Shown here: piece by piece, positions 12,620 through 24,727 of the stretch
Position numbering within the stretch: position 1 is the stretch's first letter
Layout of the letters: each line of letters opens with the position of its first letter
Source of the DNA: Mobula hypostoma
Lineage: Eukaryota
Reading direction: 5' to 3'
Assembly: GCF_963921235.1 (NCBI RefSeq)
Contig: NC_086101.1
Coordinates: 7,008,001-7,072,000, forward strand
DNA: 64,000 nucleotides
Program-made: the position numbers and the translations under genes
Notes under the pieces: generated by a model
What the model was told of the DNA's origin: nothing
The model's input: the letters and a program-made list of their open reading frames with translations, nothing else
Database searches by the model: none

Positions 12620-14110
12620 ATGCAGAGAACCAAGCTGGGTATCTCTGATTAGTCCTTGTCTTTCCAAATGAATGTAGATCCTGTCTCTCAGAATCCCCTC
12701 CATTAATGTACCCTCCACCGACATTAGGCTCACCGGTCTGTACTTCCCCGGCTTTTCCCTCCAGCCGATCTTCAATAGATGTTCAACACTGGTCTCCCTC
12801 CAGTCTTCTGACCCCTCACCCACAGCTATTGGTGACACACATGTCTCCAAAATGGGCTCCATACTTTCCTCCTGAGCTTCCCACATTGTCCTGGGATACA
12901 CTCGATCAGGACCTGGGGATTTATAGACCATTATGCATTTTAGGACCTGCAGCACATTTGCTTCTGTAATGTGGTAGAAAATGAGGTCGATCATTTTCTG
13001 TAACACGGGGGAATTGAGGGCCCTGTGGAACTGGTGCAGAAGAGGAGTTGAGAAATAGTGACAGGGAAGATTTATCAGGATACAGGCAAAATGCAGGTAA
13101 ATGGACTGGGTGGGGGGGGGGCTGATCTGACAGAAACATGTAAGGTTAGGAGGGGTGTAGATAGAGCAGATGGTTGAAATCTTCTTCCCACAGGAGGGGG
13201 ATCAAATACAAGAGGTCACAGGTCTGAGGAGGGAGGAAGGAGTTTAAAGGTGAGTTTATTTGAACAGTGAGTGGTTGATGTTGGAACTTGCTGCAGAGGA
13301 GCTGATGGAATCAAATACAAACGCTGTGTTTACCAGGCACTCAGAAGACGACACTTCAATAGACAAGGCACAGAAGGAGACTGGTCTAATACTGGCCAAT
13401 GAGGTGAGTGTAGATGGGTAAATAGGTCAGAACAGAGGTGACGGGCCGAAGGGCCCATTTCAATACTGTACAACGATGACTCTGTGACTTTAAATGAACT
13501 GAATGACTGAGACCCCACAGCCTCCGGTGCAGAGAATTCCAGACACACCATCCTCTGAGGGTCCACCCCATCCTGAGACAGTGACCCCTGACCCTCGACT
13601 CCTCAGACAGGGGAAACATCCTCCCTGCATCCTGCCTGCTGCATTTGGAAAGACAAGGACAGATCAGGGACAGTCAGCACGGTGTTGTGCATGGAAAATC
13701 ACGTCTCACAAATTCCAGTTTGTTGAAGAGGTGACAGAGAGGATTGACCAGGACAGGGTGGGAGACATTATCCACATAATCTTCAGTAAGGCCTTTGATG
13801 GTGATGATAGACCACACTTGGGAGTATTGTGTGCATTTCCGGTTCCCCAACTATGGGAAGATGTCATTACACTTGTCAGAAACTTCAGAAGGCTGTAACA
13901 ATGGCTGGAGGGCCTGGGAGAGACTGGATAAGCTGGGGCTATTTCCCTGGAGCGATGGATGTTGAGGGGTGACCCCATTTCGAGGTATATAAAATCATAA
14001 GGGGCAGATGTAAGGTGTAGGCTCACGGTCTTTTTGCCATAAACGGGGAGTCCAAAACCAGAGGGCAGAGAGGGAAGGTGAGAGGGGAAAGTTTTTTAAG
14101 GGAGCTGCAG
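12620..14110. mobile_element. cluster of degraded CR1 fragments on both strands
   Basis: KSPGPD..PR, YRPVSL.SV (minus 12620-12970); degraded 3' ends (plus 13130-13490, 13640-14110). Confidence 0.65.
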
Positions 14111-14271
14111 GGCAACCAGTGACCAATCGGCATCTGGGATTGATTAGGAAGAGCAAATTAAAGGAAGACAGCAGCCATCGTCTGAGTGGACATCGTCAGA
14201 GTGGTGATCTTGAGGCTTCAGCTCTTTGAGGCTTCCACAGAGAGAAAAAAAATAAAAGGCATCTAAAAATG

Positions 14272-15109
14272 TAAACACAAGGAATTCTGCAGATGCTGGA
14301 AATTCAAGCAACACACATCAAAGTTGCTGGTGAATGCAGCAGGCCAGGCAGCATCTCTAGGAAGAGGTACAGTTGACGTTTCAGGCCAAGACCCTTTGTC
14401 AGGACTAACTGAAGGAAGAGTTAGTAAGAGATTTAAAAGTGGGAGGGGGAGGAGAAGATCCAAAATGATAGGAGAAGACAGGAGGGGGAGGGATGGAGCC
14501 AAGAGCTGAACAGGTGATTGGCAAAAGGGATATGAGAGGATCATGGGACAGGAGGCCCAAGGAGAAGGAAAAGTGGGAGAGGGGGGAAAACCCAGAGGAT
14601 GGGAAAGGGGTATAGTCAGAGGGACAGAAGGAGAAAAAGGAGAGTGAGAGAAAGAATGTGTGTATATGAATAAATAACGGATGGGGTACGAGGCAGAGGT
14701 GGGGCATGAGCGGAAGTTCGAGAAGTCAATGTCCATGCTATCAGGTTGGAGGCTTCCCAGACGGAATATAAGGTGTTGTACCTCCAACCTGAGTGTGGCT
14801 TTATATTTACAGTAGAGGAGGCCGTGGATAGACATATCAGAATAGGAATGGGACGTGGAATTAAAATGTGTGGCCACTGGGAGATCCTTCTTTCTCTGGC
14901 GGACAGAGCATAGGTGTTCAGTGAAACGATCTCCCAGTCTGCGTCGGGTCTCGCCAATATATAGAAGGCCACATCGGGAGCACCGGATGCAGTATATCAC
15001 CCCGGCTGACTCACAGGTGAAGTGTCGCCTCACCTGGAAGGACTGTCTGGGGCTTACACCTTACACTTCCTCCCTTACCACCATTCAGGGCCCCAGACAG
15101 TCCTTCCAG
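14272..15109 (-). mobile_element. Penelope-like element (GIY-YIG + 3' end with hammerhead remnant)
   Basis: VIYCIRCSRCGLLYIGETRRRLGDRFTEH; hammerhead 14371-14406 with G8>A; short inverted segment 15053-15109. Confidence 0.88.
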
Positions 15110-17165
15110 CACCCCTGTGGCCATCCCCCTCAACAACAGGTATATCACTCTGGATACTGTCCAGGGGGGATGACCTAACAGAGGCAAGTCACAGTGGTCG
15201 GGTCCCGGGTACTGAGTCTGCCTCTGTGACTCAGAAGGGAAGGGAGAGAAGAGGGATGCTGTGGTGACAGGGGATTTGTTAGTTGGGGAAAAGGTCAGGA
15301 GGCTCTGTGGGTGAGAACGAGATTCCCAGATGGGATGTTGCCTCCCGGGTGTCAGGCTCTGGGATATCTCGGATTGAGTCCTCAGCATTCTTAAGTGTGA
15401 GGGTGAACAGCCAGAAGTCATGCTCCATATTGATACCAAAGATATGGGTAGGATGAGTGACGAGGTTCTGCAAAGGGAGTTCAAGGCGTTAGGTGCTGAG
15501 TTAAAGGGCAGGACCTCCAGGGTTGTGATCTCAGGATTGGTCTCCGTGCCAAGTGCTGGTGAGGCCGGAACAAGCAAGATTATACAGTTTAATATGTGAC
15601 TAAGGAGTTGGTGTAGGAGGGAGGGCATAAGAATTTTGGATCATTGGGCTCCTTCCAGGGAAGGTGGGTACTGTACAGAAGGGAGAGTTTGCACCTGAAC
15701 TGGAGGGGACTAATATCCTGGTGGGAAGGTTTGTTAATGCTGCACGGTGGAGTTTAAACTGGAGTTGTAGGGGGGTGGGAACCAGAGTGCCAGAATAGTT
15801 AGTTGAGAGGTTGTGGAAATAAGTCCTCAGACAAAGTTAGGAATCAAAAGGTTGAGCATGGTGCAACTAGTGTCCTGAGCTGCGTATATTTCAATGCAAG
15901 AAGTATCGTAGAAAAGGTGGATAATAGTGTTGAAGATGAGGTAACTGGTTTACAACCAGGCAGTGTGTCGTGAGGAGAGGCTGTTGATAGGGCAAAATTG
16001 TATTCAACAGAATGATTTGCAACGTAAAAGGCGGACAAAATTGGAAAAGGTCTGAAGGTGTTGTATCTGAATGCACGCAGTATACGGAACAAAGTAGCTG
16101 AACTTGTAGTTCATCTACTTGTAGTTGTGGACGGGTCGTATTCCGCATGGAGGTCGGGGACCAGTGCTGTGCCTCAGGGATCTGTTCTGGGACCCCTACT
16201 TTTTGTGATTTTTATAAATGACCTGGGTAAGGAAGTGGAGGGATGGGTTAGTAAATTTGCTGATGACATAAAGGATAGGGTGTTGTAGATAGTGTGGAGG
16301 CCTGTCAGAGGTTACAGCAGGACATTGATAGGATGCAGAACTGGGCTGAGAAGTGGCAGATGGAGTTCAACTCAGATAAGAGTAAAGTGGCTCATTTTGG
16401 CAAGTCAAATATGACGACAGAATACAGTATTAATGGTAAGACTCTTGGCAGTGCGGAGGATCAGAGGGATCTTGGTGTCTGAGTCCATAGGACACTCAAA
16501 GCTGCTGCGCAGTTTGACTCTGTGGTTAAGAACGCATACAGTGCATTGGCCTTCATCAATGGTGGGATTGAGTGTAGGAGCCGAAAGATAATGTTGCAGC
16601 TGTATAGGACCCTGGTCAGACCCCACTTGGAGTATTGTGCTCAATTCTGGTCGCCTCACTACAGGAAGTTCGTGGAAATCATCGAAAGGGTGCAGAGGAG
16701 ATTTACAAGGATGTTGCCTGGATTGGGGACTATGCCTTATGAGAACAGATGGAGTGAACTCGGCCTTTTCTCCTTGGAGCAACGGAGGATGAGAGGTGAT
16801 CTGATAGAGGTGTACAATATAATGAGAGGATCATATGGATAGTCAGAGGCTTTTTCCCAGGGCTGAAATGGCTCATACCAGAGGGCCTAGTTTTAAGGTG
16901 CTTGGAAGGAGATGCAGAGGAGATGACGGGTTGGTTTTTCATACGCAGAGAGCGGTGAGTGCACGGAATGGGCTGCTGGCGGCGTGGTGGAGGTGGAAAC
17001 AATAGGGTCTTTTTAGAGACTCCTGGTTGGATACATGGAGTTTCGAAATATAGAGGGCTATGGGTAAGCCTAGGTAGTTCTAAGGTAAGGACATGTTCGG
17101 CACAGCTTTGTGGGCCGAAGGGCCTGTATCGTGCTGTAGGTTTTCTATGTCTTTTTGTTTCTACA
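15110..17165 (+). mobile_element. CR1 pieces: ORF1 (SGNH esterase-like), EN start and RT-3' end
   Basis: GD.LV.G / CCLPG / HI.T.D-type ORF1 remnants; [40 protein letters not shown]. Confidence 0.8.
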
Positions 17166-17370
17166 TCCCACAGAAGTATTCTAAAGGCAATATGTGGCTA
17201 ACAAGAGAAGTCAAAGCCAACATAAAAGCCAAAGAGAGGGCATAAAAGAGAGCAAAAAGTAGTGGGAAGTTAGAGGATTAGGGAGCTTTTTAAAGGCAGC
17301 TAAAAAAGTCATTAAGAAGGTAAAGAGGGAATAGAAAATTAAGTTAGCCAATAATATTAAAAAGGATAAC

Positions 17371-17709
17371 TCACCCTCTCCCCCTTCTTTTCGGAGATGG
17401 ATGGCTGATATGACCTCAGTCATACAGATGGAGAAACTTAGGTTCTTGAAAACCAATTCAATTAAAAAAATTTTGGCTATCTGGGGTCCATTCCTTGCCT
17501 ACCTGAACCATTTCCCCCCAGCTGATTTCTCACAGCTCTCATTTGAGATTTAATGTTTTGTATTTTTGAGCACTTTGTACAATACAATAAGCTTCCCTCT
17601 AATGTAATATCCCTTTTTTTTTGCTTATTTCATTTTCACAGTTGTTTGAGCTGGTATGTTCTTGTTGATTTCTTTGTTTTTTTTTGAAAATTTTGAAAAT
17701 ACAGTATAA
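17371..17709 (+). mobile_element. 5'-truncated L1-clade insertion with TSD
   Basis: Open frame SPSPPSFRRWMADMTSVIQMEKLRF...IWGPFLAYL* (L1 ORF2 C-terminus-like), T-rich 3'UTR, short A tail; AAAAAGGATAAC duplicated at 17359-17370 and 17710-17721. Confidence 0.8.
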
Positions 17710-17749
17710 AAAAAGGATAACAAAAGTTTCTTCAGATATAGAAAGTTTA

Positions 17750-19788
17750 AAAGACCATAAGATATAGGAGCAAAATTAAGCCATCTGCCCATCAACTCTG
17801 CTCCGCCATTCAATCGTGGCTGATCCTTTTTTTATCTCCTCCTCAACCCCAGTTTCCATCCTTCTCCCCGTAACCTTTGAAACCATGTCCTTTCAAGTAC
17901 CTATCAGTCTCTGCCTTAAATACACCCAACGACCTGGCCTCCACAGCTGCATGTGGCAAAAAATTTAACAAACTCACCACCCTTTGGCTAAAGAAATTTC
18001 TCCACATCTCTGTTTTGAAAGGGCTCCCCTCTATCCTGAGGCTGTGCCCACTTGTCCTGGACTCTCCCACTATGGGAAACATCCTTTCCACATCCACTCT
18101 GTCTAGGCGTTTCCACATTCGAAAGGTTTCAATGAGATCCCCCCCTCATCCTTCTGAATTTCAGCGAGTGCAGGCCCAGAGCCGTGAAATGTTCCTTGTA
18201 TGATAATCCTTTCATTCCTGGAATCATCTTGTGAACCTCCTCTGGAACCTTTCCAATGCCAGCACATCTTCCTCAGATGAGGTGCCCAAAACTGTTCACA
18301 ATATTCAAGGTGAGGCCTCACCAGTGACTTATAAAGTCTCAGCATCACATCCCTGCTCTTGTATTCTAGACCTCTTGAAATGAATGCTAAAATGGCATTT
18401 GCCTTCCTCACCACTGGCTCAACCTGCAAGTTAACCTTTACGGTGTTCTGCACAAGGACTCCAAAGTCCTTGTGCATCTCAGATTTTTGGATTTTCTCCT
18501 CATTTAGAAAATAGTCTGCGCATTTATTTCTACCACCAATGTGCATGACCATGCATTTTCCAGCATTGTACTTCATTTGCTCCTTTCTTGCCCTTACTCC
18601 TAATCTGCCCAAGTCCTTCTGCATCCTACCTGTTTCCTCAACACTACCTGCCCATCCACCAATCTTTTTATCATCTGCAAACTTGACAAAAAGCCATCTA
18701 TTCCATCATCTAAATCATTTATACACAGCATAAAAACAAGTGGTCCCAACACCGACCCCTGCAGAACACCACTAGTCACTGGCAGCCAACCAAAAAAGGA
18801 TCCTTTTATTCCCACTCACTGCCTCCTACAAATCAGCCAATGCCCTAACCATGTTAGTGACTTTCCTGTAATACCACAGGCTCTTAACTTGGGAAGCAGC
18901 CTCATGTGTGGCACCTTGTCAAAGGCCTTCTGAAAGTCCAAATATACAACATCCACTGCAGACCCATTGTCTATCCTACTTGTAATCTCCTCAAAGAATT
19001 CCAGCAGGTTTGTCAGGCAGGATTTTCCCTGAAGGAAACCATGCTGACTTTATACTATCTTTTCTTGTGTCACCACGTACTCCAACACCTTATCCTTAAC
19101 AATTGACTCAAACATCTTCCCAACCACTGAGGTCAGCCTAACTGGTCTATAGTTTCCTTTCTGATTCCTTCCTCCTTTTTTAAAGAGTGGAGTGACGTTT
19201 GCAATTTTCCAGTCCTCTGGCACTATGCCAGAGTCCAATGATTTTTGAAATGCCACCATAATCTCTAATGCTGCCTCTTTCAGAACCCTAAGGTGCAGTT
19301 CCTCTGGTCCGGGTGACTAATGAACCTTTAGGTCTTTCAGCTTTTTGAGCACCTTCTCTCTTGTAATAGTAACTGCACTCACTTCTCTTCCTTCACACCC
19401 TACAACATCAGGCACACTGCTAGTGTCTTCCACGGTGAAGACTGATGCAAAATACTCATTTAATTCATCAGCCATCTCCTTCTCCCCTGTTATTATTTCT
19501 CCTGCCTCATTTTCTAGTGGTCCTATATCCACTCTCATTTCTCTTTTATTTTTAACATACTTGAAAAAAATTTTACCATCCACTTTGGTATTATTTGCCT
19601 GCTTGCTTTCATATTTCATTTTTTTCCCTTCCAATGATTTTTTAGTTGCTCACTGTAAGTTTTTAAAAACTTCCCAATCTGCTATCATCCCACTAATTTT
19701 TTGTTTGTTGTCTGCTCTTTCTTTTGCTTTTACAATAGCTTTGACCTCCCTTGTCAGCCATGGTTGTACGATTTTACCATTTGAGTAT
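17750..19788 (-). mobile_element. CR1 ORF2 (degraded) with 3' end
   Basis: [47 protein letters not shown]. Confidence 0.88.
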
Positions 19789-21355
19789 TAAGGGAGAGGA
19801 GGTGTTCGAGTTGTTAAAATACATTAGGACGGATAAGTCCCCGGGGCCTGACGGAATATTCCCCAGGCTGCTCCACAAGGCGAGGGAAGAGATTGCTGAG
19901 CGGAGCCTCTGGCTAGGATCTTTATGTCCTCGTTGTCCACGGGAATGGTTAGTTGAGATAGTCTGGGTAATTATAGACCAGTGAGCCTTATGTCTGTGGT
20001 GGGAAAGCTGTTGGAAAAGATTCTTAGGGATAGGATTTATGGGCATTTAGAGAATCATGCTCTGATCAGAGACAGTCAGCATGGCTTTGTGAAAGGCAGA
20101 TCGTGTCTAACAAGCCTGATAGAGTTCTTTGAGGTGGTGAATAGGCATATAGATGAGGGTAGTGCAGTGGATGTGATCGATTTTGACAAGGTTCCACATG
20201 GTAGGCTTATTCAGAAAGTCAGAAGGCATGGGATCCAAGGAAGTCTGGCCAGGTGGATTCAGAATTGGCTTGCCTGCAGAAGGCAGACGGTCGTGGTGGA
20301 GGGAGTACATTCAGATTGGAGGGTTGTGATTAGTGGTGTCCCACGAGGATCGGTTCTGGGACCTCTACTTTTCGTGATTTTTATTAACGACCTGGATGTG
20401 AGGGTAGAAAGGTGGGTTGGCAAGTTTGCAGACGACACAAAGGTTGGTGGTGTTGTAGATAGTGTAGAGGATTGCCAAAGATTGCAGAGAGACACTGATA
20501 GGATGCAGAAGTAGGCTGAGAAGTGGCAGATGGAGTTCAACCCGGAGAAGTGTGAGGTGGTACACTTTGGAAGGACAAACTCCAAGGCAGAGTACAAAGT
20601 AAATGGCAGGATACTTGGTAGTGTGGAGGAGCAGAGGGATCTGGGGGTAGATGTCCACAGATCCCTGAAAGTTGCCTCACAGGTGGATAGGGTAGTTAAG
20701 AAAGCTTATGGGGTGTTAGCTTTCATAAGTCGAGGGACAGAGTTCAAGAATCGCGAGGTAATGATTTAATCAATTTCCCCCTGGGATCAATAAAATATGA
20801 CTATGACTAGCTCTATAAAACTCTGGTTAGGCCACACTTGGAGTACTGGTCGCCTCACTATAGGAAGGATGTGGAAGCATTGGAAAGGGTACAGAGGAGA
20901 TTTACCAGGATGCTGCCTGGTTCAGAGAGTATGGATTATGATCAGAGATTAAGGGAGCTAGGGCTTTACTCTTTGGAGAGAAGGAGGATGACAGGAGACA
21001 TGATAGAGGTCTACAAGATAATAAGAGGAATAGATAGAGTGGATAGCCAGCGCCTCTTCCCCAGGGCACCACTGCTCAATACAACAGGACGTGGCTTTAA
21101 GGTAAGGGGTGGGAAGTTGAAGGGAGATATTAGAGGAAGGTTTTTTACTCAGAGAGTGGTTGGTTCGTGGAATGCACTGCCTGAGTCAGTGGTGGAGGCA
21201 GATACACTAGTGAAGTTTAAGAGACTACTAGACAGGTATATGGAGGAATTTAAGGTGGGGGCTTATACGGGAGGCAGGTTTTGAGGGTCGGCACAACATT
21301 GTGGTCCGAAGGGCCTGTATTGTGCTGTACTATTCTATGTCTCTGTCTATGTCTA
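19789..21355 (+). mobile_element. CR1 RT to 3' end
   Basis: [37 protein letters not shown]; (CTATGT)-like tail. Confidence 0.9.
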
Positions 21356-21357
21356 TC

Positions 21358-21860
21358 TTACCCGGCAATTTGTAATCGTGCAACAAGATCATCCACTTTA
21401 TTTCTTATACTATGTGCATTTAGGTGCAACACCTTGAGGACTGTATTTGCTATTCTTTCTGATTCTGCATCCCTGATGTTTTGATACTCAGCCTGTTGGC
21501 TGCAACTGAGTCCCATCACCTGCCTGCCCTTCCTGACAGTCTGACTGCACGCTGTCTTTACATTTTTACCATCCATCCTATCCTGAGTCCCTTCACTCTG
21601 GCCCCCTCCCCCCACTACCAAATTAGTTTAAACCCTCCCCTACAAACCTGCCCACGAGAATATTGGTCCCCCTCGGGTTCAGATGCAACCCATCACTTTT
21701 GAGCAGGTCATACCTCCCCCAGGAGGATCCCAATGACCCAAGAACCTGAAACCCTGTCCCTGCACCAGCTTCTCAGCCACACATTTATCTGCCAAATCAT
21801 CCTGTTTCTACCCTCACTGGCGCGTGGCACAGGTAGCAATCCAGAAATTAGTACCCGGGA
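21358..21860 (-). mobile_element. CR1 ORF1/EN-junction fragment
   Basis: SRVLISGLLPVPRASEGRNR; LKVLHLNAHSIRNK. Confidence 0.75.
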
Positions 21861-21869
21861 GATGCTAAT

Positions 21870-23670
21870 TTCTGGATTAGAGAGAGGCAAGAGTGGATAT
21901 CGGACTGCTGGAAAATAATGCTGGAGGGGTAGTAATGGGGGACAACGAAAGTGTGGATGAACTGAAGACGTATTTTGCATCAGTCTTCACTGTGGAAGAG
22001 ACTAGCAGTATGGTGGAAGTTACAGGTGTTAGGCGGCATGCTGTGCGTGAAGTTAGCATTACTAGAGAACAGGTTCTTGGGAAACTGAAAGATATTAAGG
22101 TAGCTGTCACCTGGACTAGATGGTGTACATGCCAGAGTTCTGAAAGAGGTGGCTGAAGAGATCGTGGAGGCATTAGTAATGATCCTTCAAGAATCAGTGG
22201 ACTCTGGAGTGGTTCTGGAAGACTGGAAAGTTGCAAATGTCACTCCACTGTTCAAGAAGAGAGAGGCAGAATAAAGGAAACTCTGGGCCAGTTAGTCTGA
22301 CCTCATTGGCTGGGAAGATGTTGAAGTTGATTATTAAGGAGGAGTTGTCAGGGTACTTGGAGGCAAATGATAAAATAGGCCATAGTAAGCATGGTTTCCT
22401 CAAGGGAAGATCTTGCCTGACAAATCAGCTGGAATTCTTTGAAGAAATAACAAGCCAGATAAACAAAGTAGAATCAGTTGATGTTGTGTACTTGGATTTT
22501 CAGAAGGCCTTTGACAAGGTGCCACACAAGCTCCGAGCCCACGGTATTACAGGAAAGATCCTAGCCGAGACAAAGCAGTGGCTGATTGGCAAGAGGCAAA
22601 GAGTGGGAATAAGGGGAGCCTTTTCTGGCTGGTTGCCGGTGGCTAGTGGTGTTCCACAGGGGTCTGTGTTGGGACTGATTCTTTTCACATTGTATGTCAA
22701 TTATTTGGATGAGAAAATTAATGGCTTTGTTAAAAAGTTTGCAGACGATATGTAGATAGATGGAAGGGCAGGTACTATTGAGGAAGTAGAGAAGCTGCAG
22801 AAGGACTTAGTTTTGGAGAATGGGCAAAGAAATGGCAGATGGAATACAGTGTCAGGAAGTGTATGGTTATGCACTTTGGTAGAAGAAATGTAAGGCTTGA
22901 CTATTTTCTAAATGGAGAGAAAATATAAAAAAACTGAGGTGCGAAGGGACTTGGGAGTCCTTGTGCAGGATTGCCTAAATGTTGATTTGCAGATTGAGTC
23001 TGTGGTGAGGAAGGTAAATGTGATTTTAGGATTCATTTCAAGAAGACTAGAACATTAAAGCAAGGATGTAATGTTGAAACTTTATAAAGCACTGGTGAGG
23101 CCTCACTTGGGGTATTGTGAGCAGGTTTGGGCCCTTTATCTTGGAGAGGATGAGCTAAAACTGGAGAGTGTTCAAAGGAGGTTCATGAAAATGATTCCAG
23201 GGTTGAATGGCTTGTCATATGAGCGGCGTTTGATGGCTCTGGGCCTGTATTCACTGGAATTCAGAAGAATGAGGGCTGATCTCATTGAAACCTATCGAAT
23301 GGTTAAAGGCTTTGATAGAGTGGATATGGAGAGGATGTTTCCTATGGTGAGAGAGTCTAAGACCAGAGGACACTGTCTCAAAATGGGGAAGCATTCTTTT
23401 AGGACGTAGATGTGGAGGAATTTCTGTAGCCAGAGAGTGGTGAATCTGTGGAATTCTTTGCCACAAACTGCTGTGGAGGCCAAGTCGTTATGTATATTTA
23501 AGGCAGAGGTTGATAGATTCTTGATTGGTCAGGGCATGAAGGGATATGGGGAGATGGCAGGAGATTGGGGTCGAGAGGAAAATTGGATCAGCTATGCTGA
23601 AATGGCGGAGCAGATTCGATGGGCCAAATGGCCTAATTCTGCTCCTATATCTTAGTCTTATAGTCTATGG
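21870..23670 (+). mobile_element. CR1 ORF2 (degraded) with 3' end
   Basis: [36 protein letters not shown]. Confidence 0.88.
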
Positions 23671-24026
23671 TTTAATTAAAATATTTTAAAATAAATTTAG
23701 ACAGGTACACGGATAAGAAATGGTTAGAGGGATATGGGACAAACACACGGAAATGGGGCTTACTCAAGAAGACATCTTAGCCCGGATGGATGAGTTGGGC
23801 CATGGGTTCAACATCTACCAAACCCCTTCCCAGATCATCCTCCTGAGGAATCTCACCCTGGAGTCTGACTGTGAACTGTTGGTGTGACGTCAGTTCAGAG
23901 GGCAGTTCAGTGCCACAAAAACAGGCAGATTGGATAAAGGTGGCAGATTTCATTCTTAAACGTAAATTTGTGTCTACGTCTCTGACGATGTGTCCCAGTC
24001 TGCTGGTGCATCTGGGTATTTATCAC

Positions 24027-24074
24027 TGTTGTTGTTGTGTGTGTGTGTGTGTGTGTGTGTGAGTGTGTGTGTGT
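24027..24074. repeat. (GTT)n/(GT)n microsatellite
   Basis: Direct inspection. Confidence 0.9.
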
Positions 24075-24237
24075 AATGCTGTGCAATGCTGAGGCTCTGA
24101 CTACAATCCATCAATTGTGCTTGCGCATGTGTGTGAGGGAGATTTGCCAGGTGGTTACATGATCTTCTCCCATCGTTCACCGAGGTCAATGCTGATCGGT
24201 GTGTCCGGGCTCAGTCTGACGATGCTTCAATGTGGTG

Positions 24238-24727
24238 ACAACAGGAGTTCTGCAGATGCTAGAAAAAGCAGGCCAGGCAGCATCATCTCTAGGAAGAGGT
24301 ACAGTCGACATTTCAGGCCGAGACCCTTTGTCAGTACTAACTGAAGGAAGAGTTAGTAAGAGATTTGAAAGTGGCGGGGGGAGGGGAGATCCAAAATGAT
24401 AGGAGAAGACAGGAGGGGAAGGGATAGAGCCAAGAGCTGGACAGGTGATTGGCGAAGGGGATATAAGAGGATCATGGGACAGGAGGTCCGGGGGGGGTGC
24501 GGGAACCAGAGGATGGGCAAGGGGTATAGTCAGAGGGACAGAGGGAGAAAAAGGAGAGAGAGAGAGAAAGAATGTGTGTATAAAAATAAAAAACGGATGG
24601 GGTATGCGGGAGAGGTGGGGCATTAGCAGAAGTTAGAGAAGTCGATGTTCATGCCATCAGGTTGGAGGCTACCCAGACAGAATATAAGGTGATGTTCCTC
24701 CATCCTGAGTGTGGCTTCATCTTTACA
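24238..24727 (-). mobile_element. Penelope-like 3' fragment with 10-bp TSD and mutated hammerhead
   Basis: CAATGTGGTG at 24228-24237 and 24728-24737; hammerhead remnant 24303-24338. Confidence 0.82.

Noticed and set aside
3026..13640. Similar sequence at about 3030-3090 and 13570-13640 flanking the SPRY exon
   Set aside because: Both are remnants of the same CR1 3' region and too short to support a cassette or segmental duplication.
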